Shown piece after piece: positions 61,501-64,000 of a stretch of DNA of 64,000 bases. Every line of letters starts with the position of its first letter. Position 1 is the stretch's first letter. The notes under the pieces were generated by a model. The model saw only the letters and a program-made list of their open reading frames with translations, searched no databases and was not told the DNA's origin. Source of the stretch: Amoebophrya sp. A120 (lineage: Eukaryota; Protista; Dinoflagellata). The stretch is taken from positions 12,763,686-12,827,685 of the forward strand of contig CAJINV010000001.1 of assembly GCA_905178155.1 (NCBI GenBank). The letters are read 5' to 3'. Made by a program: the position numbers and the translations under genes.

Positions 61501-63398
61501 GGAAAATGCTCCGTCACCCCTACTGCAGAACAAATGCAATCATGACAAAGCCAAGAATGCTCCCACGGCCGTTGCCTCTTCGCAAAAAAGTAGTCTAGTT
61601 ATGTATCTGTCTCTTGCATGACAACAAGCTTCAGCACCCGGATCGGCAAGTGGATCCATGCATGAAGTAAACGTAGACGTAGGCACACCTACACTTCCGC
61701 CGATTCTAATAAAATATTTCCTCTGCTACTGCTAGATGAAGTTCTGCCTCCGTTTCTACTGAGGGGGAGTTCGTGTGCATCAAGCTCATAAGTCGATCTT
61801 CCACAGCAAGCCACCACCGATTGTCGACGAAGACCCGCTGCTGTTGCCGGCTGCCGGTGTGGCGAGCTTCACTGTCGCTTGTCTTGTCAACCCGAACACC
61901 ATCCCGAGTTCGCCGAAGATATCCCCTTTCCGCAGGGTATTCACCAATTCCTCGCCTTGCAAACACTCGAAGACGCCCGCCTCAATCAAGTACAGCCCGG
62001 CGTCCTGGCCGAGGCTGTCACCCTCCTCCACGATAGTCGTTGCAGTATGTGTTTCTACTTCAGAGGTGGGAGCAACAACCTCCACCCGCTGCAACGTGCG
62101 CACCAGGGCCTTCAGATCGTCCTCTGCGAGGTACTTGAAGCACCAACTGTGGTCCTTCAGCATCTGCGCCAGGTAGGCGCGCTCCTCCTCGATCTCCAGG
62201 TCGGCGATCTTGCGCTGCTTATCGCGAGAAAAAACTGTTTCACTGTAAACTTGTGATGCAGAAAATGGATCGCAGAAGTGTGTGTCATGCTACACATGCA
62301 AGACAGTGGATTTCTAGCTGTGTTTTCCCTTAGGAACCCCGCATGGCAAATTTCCGCTGTCATGTGAAACAAACTTGTGATGCAAAACTTGTAACATCCT
62401 TACAGTGAAACACTTTTTTCGTACGATACTGCTGGTAGATGCGGTAGTAGATGCTCGAGTGCTTTTGAATCAGGCTGTCGTTGCTGCCAATCAGCTCATC
62501 GAACGCGTCGCGGGACAGCTTCCACACTTTTACGACGGAGCTGCTGGGGTAGCAGGACGCCTGGTTTATGATAGATAATGGTACAATGAGGTGCATAGTC
62601 AGAATCTCAATCCTCCAACTTTCTCAGCATCATGTTCATGCTCGACATCTGCACAAACATGACCTTGTTGAAAACGAAAAACGTTTTTTGGTTCAGAACC
62701 TTCTCATGCACAAACAGGAACAGCGAAAATGAGCAGTCGCGGTCCTGCTGATCATCTACTTCCGTCCTAGTATCTCAGTAATGTACGAGGAGGCTGACGG
62801 ATGAACTGCCTTTGTTCTTTCATCATGTCATTTTGATTCATCGCACTGGCAATTTGCAGCTTGTGAACAGCGCAGTATACAAAGAAGACCGATCTTGCGC
62901 TTTCTAGATCAGAACAGAGGCACAACAACTCCTGTCGGCACTATTTGTAAGTACCTGCCGCGGGAGGTCATAGACGAAGGCGAGCTCGCCGAACATATCA
63001 CCGGCGGACAGAGAGCGCACGACTTTGTCGTCGATTTCCACAGCCACAGTGCCGCTTTCGATGACATACATGTAATCGTTGACCGCACTGCTATCGCCCT
63101 CCTTCAGGATGTACTGCTTGTTACCACTACCACTTCCGCTGCTGGTCGCGCCGCTATTCGATGCGAGCGATGCAGAATTGTTCTTGTTGTCCCCATCCTG
63201 TTGCTTCTGTGCAAGTTGCTCCAGCTGTGCGGGCGTGAAGGATGACGAGGGGGCGGCTGTGGCCTTGATTTCTTCTTTTTCGAACCGGAACAGCAAATCG
63301 CGGAAGGCATCCTTCTCTAGGTGCTGAAACACCCACAACCTCTTCAACAGGTTCCGCAGCTGCCGACGCTCCTCGTCGAAAAGCGACTGGTCCGTCAT
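58593..63398 (-). CDS. Cyclic-nucleotide-binding protein with four CNB domains (last degenerate); 10 exons, 7 introners
   Basis: MYVIESG..GDMFGELAFVYDLPRQAS; LYLIEAG..GDIFGELGMVFGLTRQAT; MYLIESG..GDFFGELSLIYGTPRQAT; CYVESG..GEFLFEE. GT-AG introns at 62561-62954 and 59574-59794, plus seven TAT...ATA introns. Confidence 0.85.
58827..59118. mobile_element. TAT...ATA introner in the CNB gene
   Basis: TATCGCGTTCTCAACTGTTACA / rc TATGGGATTCATCTCAAACGTTACA; perfect CTGTC flanks; gives LESDSFYSV. Confidence 0.85.
59213..59411. mobile_element. TAT...ATA introner in the CNB gene
   Basis: TATGAAACTGAAATAACAGTCTTC / rc TATCAATTTGAAAATAGTTCTTC; flanks gcatg/gcttt; gives CYVESGQAML. Confidence 0.85.
59877..60037. 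mobile_element. TAT...ATA introner (TIR family 2) in the CNB gene
   Basis: TATCCCACGAAAAAACTGTTTCACTGT / rc TATCGCAAGAAAAAACTGTTTCACTGT; perfect GGTTT flanks; gives LANHSSEYYR, paralogous to QKHSSIYYR in domain 1. Confidence 0.95.
60220..60460. mobile_element. TAT...ATA introner in the CNB gene
   Basis: TATCAAATTCAAAAATAGTGCTC / rc TATCCCATTCAAAAAAGGTGCTC; flanks diverged (ttcag/tgcgt); gives EVKVERKGHVVARLQEGDFFGE. Confidence 0.85.
60531..60873. mobile_element. TAT/TAC-ended introner in the CNB gene
   Basis: TATGGGAGCAAAAAATGTTTCTC / rc TACGGAACCGAAAAGTGTTGTCTC; flanks tctgg/tcttg; gives GKEQESLLKDTDCMYLIESG. Confidence 0.8.
61492..61790. mobile_element. Degenerate TAT...ATA introner in the CNB gene
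   Basis: Only TATGA of the TIR remains; flanks aaacg/agtcg; removal + 5 nt gives LWKIDYDAFDKFL (CNB W.LD...F motif). Confidence 0.7.
62220..62428. mobile_element. TAT...ATA introner (TIR family 2) in the CNB gene
   Basis: TATCGCGAGAAAAAACTGTTTCACTGTAA / rc TATCGTACGAAAAAAGTGTTTCACTGTAA; perfect CTGCT flanks; gives YRIYQQRKIADLEIEEE. Confidence 0.95.
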
Positions 63399-63552
63399 TT
63401 TTGAGTATCCGAATGAAACAAAGAGCCCCCTGGCCCCTAGAAAGACAAACGAGGATAAAACTGTAAGCCAGTTTACAGCTTGAGCAACTGTTAATTCCTT
63501 GGGCGCGTAAGTTGTTGGTATGGTGCTTGTATTTGGTGTTAGCAAAACCGAT

Positions 63553-63653
63553 TTCGTTGTGGCTTCCGGCGATTTCTCAAAATCGAATTCGTTGTGGCTT
63601 CCGGCGATTTCTCAAAATCGAATTCGTTGTGGCTTCCGGCGATTTCTCAAAAT
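63553..63653. repeat. 35-bp tandem repeat, ~3 copies
   Basis: TTCGTTGTGGCTTCCGGCGATTTCTCAAAATCGAA at 63553, 63588 and 63623 (last copy partial). Confidence 0.95.
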
Positions 63654-63741
63654 GAACGAGGGCAACGATATCGCACTAAAAAAAGGCCCGAGAACGCGGG
63701 CTCGAGCCGATTTGCTCAGCCGCGCCCCCACCGGTCCGCGG

Positions 63742-63918
63742 CCGCGATCTCGGGCCTGGTTGGTTTCCGTTTCGTTGTTTGGGGGCCTTAACCCGCCGCC
63801 CTGAAACTGCGATTTTGCGGAAAACACGGCCCGCGTTTTCTGCGAAGTCGCAGATTCAGGTCGGCGGGTTAAGGCCCCCAAACAACGAAACGGAAACCAA
63901 ACAGGCCCGAGATCGCGG
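63742..63918. repeat. Long near-perfect palindrome (~85-bp arms)
   Basis: CCGCGATCTCGGGCCTG..GGTTTCCGTTTCGTTGTTTGGGGGCCTTAACCCGCCG pairs with CGGCGGGTTAAGGCCCCCAAACAACGAAACGGAAACC..CAGGCCCGAGATCGCGG; centre near 63830. Confidence 0.9.
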
Positions 63919-64000
63919 TCTCGCGCCGATTTGGTCGCCCTCCCCAACCCAACCCGGCGCATGACCCAACCCCACGACTCCCCGACCCAGCTCGGGGTGC

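Noticed and set aside
63553-63653. 35-bp repeats (and the 16.3-16.9 kb repeats) as a CRISPR array
   Set aside because: Direct tandem units without unique spacers, no cas genes, and a eukaryotic context.

Overview
This window is eukaryotic nuclear DNA, not prokaryotic. Every gene I can support lies on the minus strand, and genes carry both GT-AG introns and many non-canonical introns bounded by inverted repeats. This fits a syndinian dinoflagellate such as Amoebophrya (inference). Genes from left to right: STPG2/SHIPPO-repeat protein (partial), beta-class N4/N6-type methyltransferase-like protein, secreted GH-D-clan-like protein, AAAP amino-acid transporter, SPX-domain protein, CCDC191-like protein, hypothetical membrane protein, mitochondrial FAD glycerol-3-phosphate dehydrogenase, a ~14.5 kb array (probably one giant gene) of about 10 copies of an unrecognised Cys-motif domain, a hypothetical ORF, and a protein with four cNMP-binding domains. 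The main signal is a mobile-intron system. At least 14 insertions of 137-1225 bp interrupt coding exons. They start TAT (one TAC) and end ATA, have terminal inverted repeats (TIRs) of several sequence families, and are flanked by a 5-bp direct repeat. Removing element + 5 nt restores the reading frame in every case without GT-AG ends. Diverged flanks indicate that the upstream 5-mer stays in the exon, so the intron reads TAT...ATA-N5. A free-standing 1.63 kb intergenic element with the same termini, ~85-bp TIRs and a perfect 5-bp target-site duplication (TSD) links these introns to a DNA transposon. All splice models were built by hand and have no RNA support.
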